Assembly: GCA_964057225.1 (NCBI GenBank)
Contig: OZ059894.1
Coordinates: 2,728,001-2,792,000 of the forward strand
DNA from: Auanema rhodensis
Lineage: Eukaryota; Animalia; Nematoda
DNA length: 64,000 nucleotides
Direction of reading: 5' to 3'
Shown: positions 1-12,100 of the stretch, one piece after another
Numbering within the stretch: the stretch's first letter is position 1
Layout: the number at the start of each line of letters is the position of its first letter
Notes under the pieces: model-generated
What the model saw: only the letters and a program-made list of their open reading frames with translations
Told to the model about the DNA's origin: nothing
The model's database searches: none
Program-made: the position numbers and the translations under genes

Positions 1-21
1 CTCAACATTGCTTCCAAAAAC

Positions 22-56
22 ATTTTGACAAAAATTTTTTCGAAAAATTTCAAAAT
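22..56. repeat. Imperfect AT-rich palindrome centred on TTCGAA (present in essentially every monomer)
   Basis: tttttcgaaaaa (36-47) is a perfect 12-bp palindrome. The outer arms attttga (22-28) and tcaaaat (50-56) are reverse complements. Confidence 0.9.
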
Positions 57-158
57 AATTTAGCAAAAAGTAGATGTTTTTAGATTTCTTTTTTCAAGGC
101 AAAGACGATGGACATTGTTATTCAACGAAAAAATTAATTCTTCAGGGTGAAAATCGAG

Positions 159-180
159 GATATAAGTGTGAACTTATATC
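159..180. repeat. Perfect 9-bp inverted repeat with a 4-nt GTGA loop (every monomer; allele-dependent)
   Basis: gatataagt-gtga-acttatatc. Confidence 0.95.
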
Positions 181-193
181 AGTTGATATCTCG

Positions 194-263
194 GTGCATT
201 TTTAAGCTAGCGCAAATCTGATAACACAGATCGATGCAGCTTAAAAATCCGCATCGAATGCAC
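194..263. repeat. Nested and alternative inverted-repeat domain (every monomer)
   Basis: Pairs: atttttaagct(198-208)/agcttaaaaat(238-248); atctg(216-220)/cagat(227-231); tcgatgc(231-237)/gcatcga(251-257); gtgcatt(194-200)/aatgcac(257-263). Confidence 0.93.
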
Positions 264-331
264 TATATTACATTGAGAAACGCTTAATACAAAAATTAGT
301 TATGATCGTTTGAAAAATGATGCATTAGTGT

Positions 332-359
332 ATGTTGAGTTTCCATGTACACTCAACAT
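332..359. repeat. Perfect 9-bp inverted repeat with a 10-nt loop (every monomer; allele-dependent)
   Basis: atgttgagt-ttccatgtac-actcaacat. Confidence 0.95.
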
Positions 360-1755
360 TGCTTCCAAAAACATTTTGACAAAAATTTTTTCGAAAAATT
401 TCAAAATAATTTAGCAAAAAGTAGATGTTTTTAGATTCCTTTTTTCAAGGCAAAGACGATGGACATTGTTATTCAACGAAAAAATTAATTCTTCAGGGTG
501 AAAATCGAGGATATAAGTGTGAACTTATATCAGTTGATATCTCGGTGCATTTTTAAGCTAGCGCAAATCTGATAAAACAGATCGACGCAGCTTAAAAATC
601 CGCATCGAATGCACTATACTACATTGAAAAACGCTTAATACAAAAATTAGTTATGATCGTTTGAAAAATGATGCATTAGTGTATGTTGAGTTTCCATGTA
701 CACTCAACATTGCTTCCAAAAACATTTTGACAAAAATTTTTTCGAAAAATTTCAAAATAATTTAGCAAAAAGTAGATGTTTTTAGATTCCTTTTTTCAAG
801 GCAAAGACGATGGACATTGTTATTCAACGAAAAAATTAATTCTTCAGGGTGAAAATCGAGGATATAAGTGTGAACTTATATCAGTTGATATCTCGGTGCA
901 TTTTTAAGCTAGCGCAAATCTGATAAAACAGATCGACGCAGCTTAAAAATCCGCATCGAATGCACTATACTACATTGAAAAACGCTTAATACAAAAATTA
1001 GTTATGATCGTTTGAAAAATGATGCATTAGTGTATGTTGAGTTTCCATGTACACTCAACATTGCTTCCAAAAACATTTTGACAAAAATTTTTTCGAAAAA
1101 TTTCAGAATAATTTAGCAAAAAGTAGATGTTTTTAGATTCCTTTTTTCAAGGCAAAGACGATGGACATTGTTATTCAACGAAAAAATTAATTCTTCAGGG
1201 TGAAAATCGAGGATATAAGTGTGAACTTATATCAATTGATATCTCGGTGCATTTTTAAGCTAGCGCAAATCTGATAACACAGATCGATGCAGCTTAAAAA
1301 TCCGCATCGAATGCACTATATTACATTGAGAAACGCTTAATACAAAAATTAGTTATGATCGTTTGAAAAATGATGCATTAGTGTATGTTGAGTTTCCATG
1401 TACACTCAACATTGCTTCCAAAAACATTTTGACAAAAATTTTTTCGAAAAATTTCAAAATAATTTAGCAAAAAGTAGATGTTTTTAGATTTCTTTTTTCA
1501 AGGCAAAGACGATGGACATTGTTATTCAACGAAAAAATTAATTCTTCAGGGTGAAAATCGAGGATATAAGTGTGAACTTATATCAGTTGATATCTCGGTG
1601 CATTTTTAAGCTAGCGCAAATCTGATAACACAGATCGATGCAGCTTAAAAATCCGCATCGAATGCACTATATTACATTGAGAAACGCTTAATACAAAAAT
1701 TAGTTATGATCGTTTGAAAAATGATGCATTAGTGTATGTTGAGTTTCCATGTACA

Positions 1756-3157
1756 CTCAACATTGCTTCCAAAAACATTTTGACAAAAATTTTTTCGAAA
1801 AATTTCAAAATAATTTAGCAAAAAGTAGATGTTTTTAGATTCCTTTTTTCAAGGCAAAGACGATGGACATTGTTATTCAACGAAAAAATTAATTCTTCAG
1901 GGTGAAAATCGAGGATATAAGTGTGAACTTATATCAGTTGATATCTCGGTGCATTTTTAAGCTAGCGCAAATCTGATAACACAGATCGACGCAGCTTAAA
2001 AATCCGCATCGAATGCACTATACTACATTGAGAAACGCTTAATACAAAAATTAGTTATGATCGTTTGAAAAATGATGCATTAGTGTATGTTGAGTTTCCA
2101 TGTACACTAAACATTGCTTCCAAAAACATTTTGACAAAAATTTTTTCGAAAAATTTCAAAATAATTTAGCAAATAGTAGATGTTTTTAGATTTCTTTTTC
2201 AAGGCAAAGACGATGGACATTGTTATTCAACGAAAAAATTAATTCTTCAGGGTGAAAATCGAGGATATAAGTGTGAACTTATATCAGTTGATATCTCGGT
2301 GCATTTTTAAGCTAGCGCAAATCTGATAACACAGATCGACGCAGCTTAAAAATCTGCATCAAATGCACTATACTACATTGAGAAACGCTTAATACAAAAA
2401 TTAGTTATGATCGTTTGAAAAATGATGCATTAGTGTATGTTGAGTTTCCATGTACACTCAACATTGCTTCCAAAAACATTTTGACAAAAATTTTTTCGAA
2501 AAATTTCAAAATAATTTAGCAAAAAGTAGATGTTTTTAGATTCCTTTTTTCAAGGCAAAGACGATGGACATTGTTATTCAACGAAAAAATTAATTCTTCA
2601 GGGTGAAAATCGAGGATATAAGTGTGAACTTATATCAGTTGATATCTCGGTGCATTTTTAAGCTAGCGCAAATCTGATAACACAGATCGACGCAGCTTAA
2701 AAATCCGCATCGAATGCACTATACTACATTGAGAAACGCTTAATACAAAAATTAGTTATGATCGTTTGAAAAATGATGCATTAGTGTATGTTGAGTTTCC
2801 ATGTACACTAAACATTGCTTCCAAAAACATTTTGACAAAAATTTTTTCGAAAAATTTCAAAATAATTTAGCAAATAGTAGATGTTTTTAGATTTCTTTTT
2901 CAAGGCAAAGACGATGGACATTGTTATTCAACGAAAAAATTAATTCTTCAGGGTGAAAATCGAGGATATAAGTGTGAACTTATATCAGTTGATATCTCGG
3001 TGCATTTTTAAGCTAGCGCAAATCTGATAACACAGATCGACGCAGCTTAAAAATCTGCATCAAATGCACTATACTACATTGAGAAACGCTTAATACAAAA
3101 ATTAGTTATGATCGTTTGAAAAATGATGCATTAGTGTATGTTGAGTTTCCATGTACA
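1756..3157. repeat. Dimer (701-bp) higher-order duplication
   Basis: The rare alleles caaatagtag, tcaaatgc and ctaaac plus a 1-bp T deletion co-occur in the monomers starting at 2107 and 2808. Confidence 0.85.
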
Positions 3158-6100
3158 CTCAACATTGCTTCCAAAAACATTTTGACAAAAATTTTTTCGA
3201 AAAATTTCGAAATAATTTAGCAAAAAGTAGATGTTTTTAGATTCCTTTTTTCAAGGCGAAGACGATGGACATTGTTATTCAACGAAAAAATTAATTCTTC
3301 AGGGTGAAAATCGAGGATATAAGTGTGAACTTATATCAGTTGATATCTCGGTGCATTTTTAAGCTAGCGCAAATCTGATAAAACAGATCGACGCAGCTTA
3401 AAAATCCGCATCGAATGCACTATACTACATTGAGAAACGCTTAATACAAAAATTAGTTATGATCGTTTGAAAAATGATGCATTAGTGTATGTTGAGTTTC
3501 CATGTACACTAAACATTGCTTCCAAAAACATTTTGACAAAAATTTTTTCGAAAAATTTCAAAATAATTTAGCGAAAAGTAGATGTTTTTAGATTTCTTTT
3601 TCAAGGCAAAGACGATGGACATTGTTATTCAACGAAAAAATTAATTCTTCAGGGTGAAAATCGAGGATATAAGTGTGAACTTATATCAGTTGATATCTCG
3701 GTGCATTTTTAAGCTAGCGCAAATCTGATAACACAGATCGATGCAGCTTAAAAATCCGCATCGAATGCACTATACTACATTGAGAAACGCTTAATACAAA
3801 AATTAGTTATGATCGTTTGAAAAATGATGCATTAGTGTATGTTGAGTTTCCATGTACAATCAACATTGCTTCCAAAAACATTTTGACAAAAATTTTTTCG
3901 AAAAATTTCAAAATAATTTAGCAAAAAGTAGATGTTTTTAGATTTCTTTTTTCAAGGCAAAGACGATGGACATTGTTATTCAACGAAAAAATTAATTCTT
4001 CAGGGTGAAAATCGAGGATATAAGTGTGAACTTATATCAGTTGATATCTCGGTGCATTTTTAAGCTAGCGCAAATCTGATAACACAGATCGATGCAGCTT
4101 AAAAATCCGCATCGAATGCACTATACTACATGGAGAAACGCTTAATACAAAAATTAGTTATGATCGTTTGAAAAATGATGCATTAGTGTATGTTGAGTTT
4201 CCATGTACACTCAACATTGCTTCCAAAAACATTTTGACAAAAATTTTTTCGAAAAATTTCAAAATAATTTAGCAAAAAGTAGATGTTTTTAGATTCCTTT
4301 TTTCAAGGCAAAGACGATGGACAATGTTATTCAACGAAAAAATTAATTCTTCAGGGTGAAAATCGAGGATATAAGTGTGAACTTATATCAGTTGATATCT
4401 CGGTGCATTTTTAAGCTAGCGCAAATCTGATAACACAGATCGACGCAGCTTAAAAATCTGCATCGAATGCACTATACTACATTGAGAAACGCTTAATACA
4501 AAAATTAGTTATGATCGTTTGAAAAATGATGCATTAGTGTATGTTGAGTTTCCATGTACACTCAACATTGCTTCCAAAAACATTTTGACAAAAATTTTTT
4601 CGAAAAATTTCAAAATAATTTAGCAAAAAGTAGATGTTTTTAGATTCCTTTTTTCAAGGCAAAGACGATGGACATTGTTATTCAACGAAAAAATTAATTC
4701 TTCAGGGTGAAAATCGAGGATATAAGTGTGAACTTATATCAGTTGATATCTCGGTGCATTTTTAAGCTAGCGCAAATCTGATAACACAGATCGACGCAGC
4801 TTAAAAATCCGCATCGAATGCACTATACTACATTGAGAAACGCTTAATACAAAAATTAGTTATGATCGTTTGAAAAATGATGCATTAGTGTATGTTGAGT
4901 TTCCATGTACACTAAACATTGCTTCCAAAAACATTTTGACAAAAATTTTTTCGAAAAATTTCAAAATAATTTAGCAAATAGTAGATGTTTTCAGATTTCT
5001 TTTTCAAGGCAAAGACGATGGACATTGTTATTCAACGAAAAAATTAATTCTTCAGGGTGAAAATCGAGGATATAAGTGTGAACTTATATCAGTTGATATC
5101 TCGGTGCATTTTTAAGCTAGCGCAAATCTGATAACACAGATCGACGCAGCTTAAAAATCTGCATCGAATGCACTATACTACATTGAGAAACGCTTAATAC
5201 AAAAATTAGTTATGATCGTTTGAAAAATGATGCATTAGTGTATGTTGAGTTTCCATGTACACTCAACATTGCTTCCAAAAACATTTAGACAAAAATTTTT
5301 TCGAAAAATTTCGAAATAATTTAGCAAAAAGTAGATGTTTTTAGATTCCTTTTTTCAAGGCGAAGACGATGGACATTGTTATTCAACGAAAAAATTAATT
5401 CTTCAGGGTGAAAATCGAGGATATAAGTGTGAACTTATATCAGTTGATATCTCGGTGCATTTTTAAGCTAGCGCAAATCTGATAAAACAGATCGACGCAG
5501 CTTAAAAATCCGCATCGAATGCACTTTACTACATTGAGAAACGCTTAATACAAAAATTAGTTATGATCGTTTGAAAAATGATGCATTAGTGTATGTTGAG
5601 TTTCCATGTACACTCAACATTGCTTCCAAAAACATTTTGACAAAAATTTTTTCGAAAAATTTCAAAATAATTTAGCAAAAAGTAGATGTTTTTAGATTCC
5701 TTTTTTCAAGGCAAAGACGATGGACAATGTTATTCAACGAAAAAATTAATTCTTCAGGGTGAAAATCGAGGATATAAGTGTGAACTTATATCAGTTGATA
5801 TCTCGGTGCATTTTTAAGCTAGTGCAAATCTGATAAAACAGATCGACGCAGCTTAAAAATCCGCATCGAATGCACTATACTACATTGAAAAACGCTTAAT
5901 ACAAAAATTAGTTATGATCGTTTGAAAAATGATGCATTAGTGTATGTTGAGTTTCCATGTACAATCAACATTGCTTCCAAAAACATTTTGACAAAAATTT
6001 TTTCGAAAAATTTCAAAATAATTTAGCAAAAAGTAGATGTTTTTAGATTTCTTTTTTCAAGGCAAAGACGATGAACATTGTTATTCAACGAAAAAATTAA

Positions 6101-9100
6101 TTCTTCAGGGTGAAAATCGAGGATATAAGTGTGAACTTATATCAGTTGATATCTCGGTGCATTTTTAAGCTAGCGCAAATCTGATAACACAGATCGATGC
6201 AGCTTAAAAATCCGCATCGAATGCACTATACTACACTGAGAAACGCTTAATACAAAAATTAGTTATGATCGTTTGAAAAATGATGCATTAGTGTATGTTG
6301 AGTTTCCATGTACACTCAACATTGCTTCCAAAAACATTTAGACAAAAATTTTTTCGAAAAATTTCGAAATAATTTAGCAAAAAGTAGATGTTTTTAGATT
6401 CCTTTTTTCAAGGCGAAGACGATGGACATTGTTATTCAACGAAAAAATTAATTCTTCAGGGTGAAAATAGAGGATATAAGTGTGAACATATATCAGTTGA
6501 TATCTCGGTGCATTTTTAAGCTAGCGCAAATCTGATAACACAGATCGACGCAGCTTAAAAATCTGCATCGAATGCACTATACTACATGGAGAAACGCTTA
6601 ATACAAAAATTAGTTATGATCGTTTGAAAAATGATGCATTAGTGTATGTTGAGTTTCCATGTACACTCAACATTGCTTCCAAAAACATTTTGACAAAAAT
6701 TTTTTCGAAAAATTTCAAAATAATTTAGCAAAAAGTAGATGTTTTTAGATTCCTTTTTTCAAGGCAAAGACGATGGACAATGTTATTCAACGAAAAAATT
6801 AATTCTTCAGGGTGAAAATCGAGGATATAAGTGTGAACTTATATCAGTTGATATCTCGGTGCATTTTTAAGCTAGCGCAAATCTGATAACACAGATCGAC
6901 GCAGCTTAAAAATCTGCATCGAATGCACTATACTACATTGAGAAACGCTTAATACAAAAATTAGTTATGATCGTTTGAAAAATGATGCATTAGTGTATGT
7001 TGAGTTTCCATGTACACTCAACATTGCTTCCAAAAACATTTTGACAAAAATTTTTTCGAAAAATTTCAAAATAATTTAGCAAAAAGTAGATGTTTTTAGA
7101 TTTCTTTTTTCAAGGCAAAGACGATGGACATTGTTATTCAACGAAAAAATTAATTCTTCAGGGTGAAAATCGAGGATATAAGTGTGAACTTATATCAGTT
7201 GATATCTCGGTGCATTTTTAAGCTAGCGCAAATCTGATAACACAGATCGATGCAGCTTAAAAATCCGCATCGAATGCACTATACTACATTGAGAAACGCT
7301 TAATACAAAAATTAGTTATGATCGTTTGAAAAATGATGCATTAGTGTATGTTGAGTTTCCATGTACACTCAACATTGCTTCCAAAAACATTTTGACAAAA
7401 ATTTTTTCGAAAAATTTCAAAATAATTTAGCAAAAAGTAGATGTTTTTAGATTCCTTTTTTCAAGGCAAAGACGATGGACAATGTTATTCAACGAAAAAA
7501 TTAATTCTTCAGGGTGAAAATCGAGGATATAAGTGTGAACTTATATCAGTTGATATCTCGGTGCATTTTTAAGCTAGCGCAAATCTGATAACACAGATCG
7601 ACGCAGTTTAAAAATCTGCATCGAATGCACTATACTACATTGAGAAACGCTTAATACAAAAATTAGTTATGATCGTTTGAAAAATGATGCATTAGTGTAT
7701 GTTGAGTTTCCATGTACAATCAACATTGCTTCCAAAAACATTTTGACAAAAATTTTTTCGAAAAATTTCAAAATAATTTAGCAAAAAGTAGATGTTTTTA
7801 GATTTCTTTTTTCAAGGCAAAGACGATGGACATTGTTATTCAACGAAAAAATTAATTCTTCAGGGTGAAAATCGAGGATATAAGTGTGAACTTATATCAG
7901 TTGATATCTCGGTGCATTTTTAAGCTAGCGCAAATCTGATAACACAGATCGATGCAGCTTAAAAATCCGCATCGAATGCACTATACTACATTGAGAAACG
8001 CTTAATACAAAAATTAGTTATGATCGTTTGAAAAATGATGCATTAGTGTATGTTGAGTTTCCATGTACACTCAACATTGCTTCCAAAAACATTTAGACAA
8101 AAATTTTTTCGAAAAATTTCGAAATAATTTAGCAAAAAGTAGATGTTTTTAGATTCCTTTTTTCAAGGCGAAGACGATGGACATTGTTATTCAACGAAAA
8201 AATTAATTCTTCAGGGTGAAAATCGAGGATATAAGTGTGAACTTATATCAGTTGATATCTCGGTGCATTTTTAAGCTAGCGCAAATCTGATAACACAGAT
8301 CGATGCAGCTTAAAAATCCGCATCGAATGCACTATACTACATTGAGAAACGCTTAATACAAAAATTAGTTATGATCGTTTGAAAAATGATGCATTAGTGT
8401 ATGTTGAGTTTCCATGTACACTCAACATTGCTTCCAAAAACCTTTAGACAAAAATTTTTTCGAAAAATTTCGAAATAATTTAGCAAAAAGTAGATGTTTT
8501 TAGATTCCTTTTTTCAAGGCGAAGACGATGGACATTGTTATTCAACGAAAAAATTAATTCTTCAGGGTGAAAATCGAGGATATAAGTGTGAACTTATATC
8601 AGTTGATATCTCGGTGCATTTTTAAGCTAGCGCAAATCTGATAACACAGATCGATGCAGCTTAAAAATCCGCATCGAATGCACTATACTACATTGAGAAA
8701 CGCTTAATACAAAAATTAGTTATGATCGTTTGAAAAATGATGCATTAGTGTATGTTGAGTTTCCATGTACACTCAACATTGCTTCCAAAAACATTTAGAC
8801 AAAAATTTTTTCGAAAAATTTCGAAATAATTTAGCAAAAAGTAGATGTTTTTAGATTCCTTTTTTCAAGGCGAAGACGATGGACATTGTTATTCAACGAA
8901 AAAATTAATTCTTCAGGGTGAAAATAGAGGATATAAGTGTGAACATATATCAGTTGATATCTCGGTGCATTTTTAAGCTAGCGCAAATCTGATAACACAG
9001 ATCGATGCAGCTTAAAAATCCGCATCGAATGCACTATACTACATTGAGAAACGCTTAATACAAAAATTAGTTATGATCGTTTGAAAAATGATGCATTAGT

Positions 9101-12100
9101 GTATGTTGAGTTTCCATGTACACTCAACATTGCTTCCAAAAACATTTTGACAAAAATTTTTTCGAAAAATTTCAAAATAATTTAGCAAAAAGTAGATGTT
9201 TTTAGATTTCTTTTTTCAAGGCAAAGACGATGGACATTGTTATTCAACGAAAAAATTAATTCTTCAGGGTGAAAATCGAGGATATAAGTGTGAACTTATA
9301 TCAGTTGATATCTCGGTGCATTTTTAAGCTAGCGAAAATCTGATAACACAGATCGATGCAGCTTAAAAATCCGCATCGAATGCACTATACTACATTGAGA
9401 AACGCTTAATACAAAAATTAGTTATGATCGTTTGAAAATGATGCATTAGTGTATGTTGAGTTTCCATGTACAATCAACATTGCTTCCAAAAACATTTTGA
9501 CAAAAATTTTTTCGAAAAATTTCAAAATAATTTAGCAAAAAGTAGATGTTTTTAGATTTCTTTTTTCAAGGCAAAGACGATGGACATTGTTATTCAACGA
9601 AAAAATTAATTCTTCAGGGTGAAAATCGAGGATATAAGTGTGAACTTATATCAGTTGATATCTCGGTGCATTTTTAAGCTAGCGCAAATCTGATAACACA
9701 GATCGATGCAGCTTAAAAATCCGCATCGAATGCACTATACTACATTGAGAAACGCTTAATACAAAAATTAGTTATGATCGTTTGAAAAATGATGCATTAG
9801 TGTATGTTGAGTTTCCATGTACACTCAACATTGCTTCCAAAAACATTTAGACAAAAATTTTTTCGAAAAATTTCGAAATAATTTAGCAAAAAGTAGATGT
9901 TTTTAGATTTCTTTTTTCAAGGCAAAGACGATGGACATTGTTATTCAACGAAAAAATTAATTCTTCAGGGTGAAAATCGAGGATATAAGTGTGAACTTAT
10001 ATCAGTTGATATCTCGGTGCATTTTTAAGCTAGCGCAAATCTGATAACACAGATCGATGCAGCTTAAAAATCCGCATCGAATGCACTATACTACATTGAG
10101 AAACGCTTAATACAAAAATTAGTTATGATCGTTTGAAAAATGATGCATTAGTGTATGTTGAGTTTCCATGTACACTCAACATTGCTTCCAAAAACATTTA
10201 GACAAAAATTTTTTCGAAAAATTTCGAAATAATTTAGCAAAAAGTAGATGTTTTTAGATTCCTTTTTTCAAGGCGAAGACGATGGACATTGTTATTCAAC
10301 GAAAAAATTAATTCTTCAGGGTGAAAATAGAGGATATAAGTGTGAACATATATCAGTTGATATCTCGGTGCATTTTTAAGCTAGCGCAAATCTGATAACA
10401 CAGATCGACGCAGCTTAAAAATCTGCATCGAATGCACTATACTACATGGAGAAACGCTTAATACAAAAATTAGTTATGATCGTTTGAAAAATGATGCATT
10501 AGTGTATGTTGAGTTTCCATGTACACTCAACATTGCTTCCAAAAACATTTTGACAAAAATTTTTTCGAAAAATTTCGAAATAATTTAGCAAAAAGTAGAT
10601 GTTTTTAGATTCCTTTTTTCAAGGCGAAGACGATGGACATTGTTATTCAACGAAAAAATTAATTCTTCAGGGTGAAAATAGAGGATATAAGTGTGAACAT
10701 ATATCAGTTGATATCTCGGTGCATTTTTAAGCTAGCGCAAATCTGATAACACAGATCGATGCAGCTTAAAAATCCGGATCGAATGCACTATACTACATTG
10801 AGAAACGCTTAATACAAAAATTAGTTATGATCGTTTGAAAAATGATGCATTAGTGTATGTTGAGTTTCCATGTACAATCAACATTGCTTCCAAAAACATT
10901 TTGACAAAAATTTTTTCGAAAAATTTCAAAATAATTTAGCAAAAAGTAGATGTTTTTAGATTTCTTTTTTCAAGGCAAAGACGATGGACATTGTTATTCA
11001 ACGAAAAAATTAATTCTTCAGGGTGAAAATCGAGGATATAAGTGTGAACTTATATCAGTTGATATCTCGGTGCATTTTTAAGCTAGCGCAAATCTGATAA
11101 CACAGATCGATGCAGCTTAAAAATCCGCATCGAATGCACTATACTACATGGAGAAACGCTTAATAAAAAAATTAGTTATGATCGTTTGAAAAATGATGCA
11201 TTAGTGTATGTTGAGTTTCCATGTACACTCAACATTGCTTCCAAAAACATTTAGACAAAAATTTTTTCGAAAAATTTCGAAATAATTTAGCAAAAAGTAG
11301 ATGTTTTTAGATTCCTTTTTTCAAGGCGAAGACGATGGACATTGTTATTCAACGAAAAAATTAATTCTTCAGGGTGAAAATAGAGGATATAAGTGTGAAC
11401 ATATATCAGTTGATATCTCGGTGCATTTTTAAGCTAGCGCAAATCTGATAACACAGATCGACGCAGCTTAAAAATCTGCATCGAATGCACTATACTACAT
11501 GGAGAAACGCTTAATACAAAAATTAGTTATGATCGTTTGAAAAATGATGCATTAGTGTATGTTGAGTTTCCATGTACAATCAACATTGCTTCCAAAAACA
11601 TTTTGACAAAAATTTTTTCGAAAAATTTCAAAATAATTTAGCAAAAAGTAGATGTTTTTAGATTTCTTTTTTCAAGGCAAAGACGATGGACATTGTTATT
11701 CAACGAAAAAATTAATTCTTCAGGGTGAAAATCGAGGATATAAGTGTGAACTTATATCAGTTGATATCTCGGTGCATTTTTAAGCTAGCGCAAATCTGAT
11801 AACACAGATCGATGCAGCTTAAAAATCCGCATCGAATGCACTATACTACATTGAGAAACGCTTAATACAAAAATTAGTTATGATCGTTTGAAAAATGATG
11901 CATTAGTGTATGTTGAGTTTCCATGTACACTCAACATTGCTTCCAAAAACATTTAGACAAAAATTTTTTCGAAAAATTTCGAAATAATTTAGCAAAAAGT
12001 AGATGTTTTTAGATTCCTTTTTTCAAGGCGAAGACGATGGACATTGTTATTCAACGAAAAAATTAATTCTTCAGGGTGAAAATCGAGGATATAAGTGTGA

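Larger units (their letters stand above)
1..351. repeat. Representative monomer (near consensus), about 30% GC, A/T-tract rich
   Basis: Hand count gives C=50 and G=57 of 351. Monomer positions quoted elsewhere refer to this copy. Confidence 0.97.

Noticed and set aside
114-130. CENP-B box-like motif on the minus strand (TTTCGTTGAATAACAAT)
   Set aside because: It matches the TTCGTTG start but lacks the essential CGGG of the canonical CENP-B box.
85-145. Hammerhead ribozyme, as in newt, schistosome or cricket satellites (CUGAAGA on the minus strand at 139-145; ctgataa on the plus strand at 218-224)
   Set aside because: I see no stem II followed by GAAA and no stems I/III around a cleavage triplet. 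The plus-strand motif does not fit CUGANGA. An Infernal search with the Rfam hammerhead models would be decisive.
1-351. Assignment to a named satellite family (e.g. Drosophila 1.688/359-bp or Tribolium TCAST ~360-bp), or an internal 2 x 175-bp subrepeat
   Set aside because: Only the length and AT-richness are similar. I cannot see convincing sequence identity or an alignment between the two halves by eye; this needs BLAST or a dot plot.
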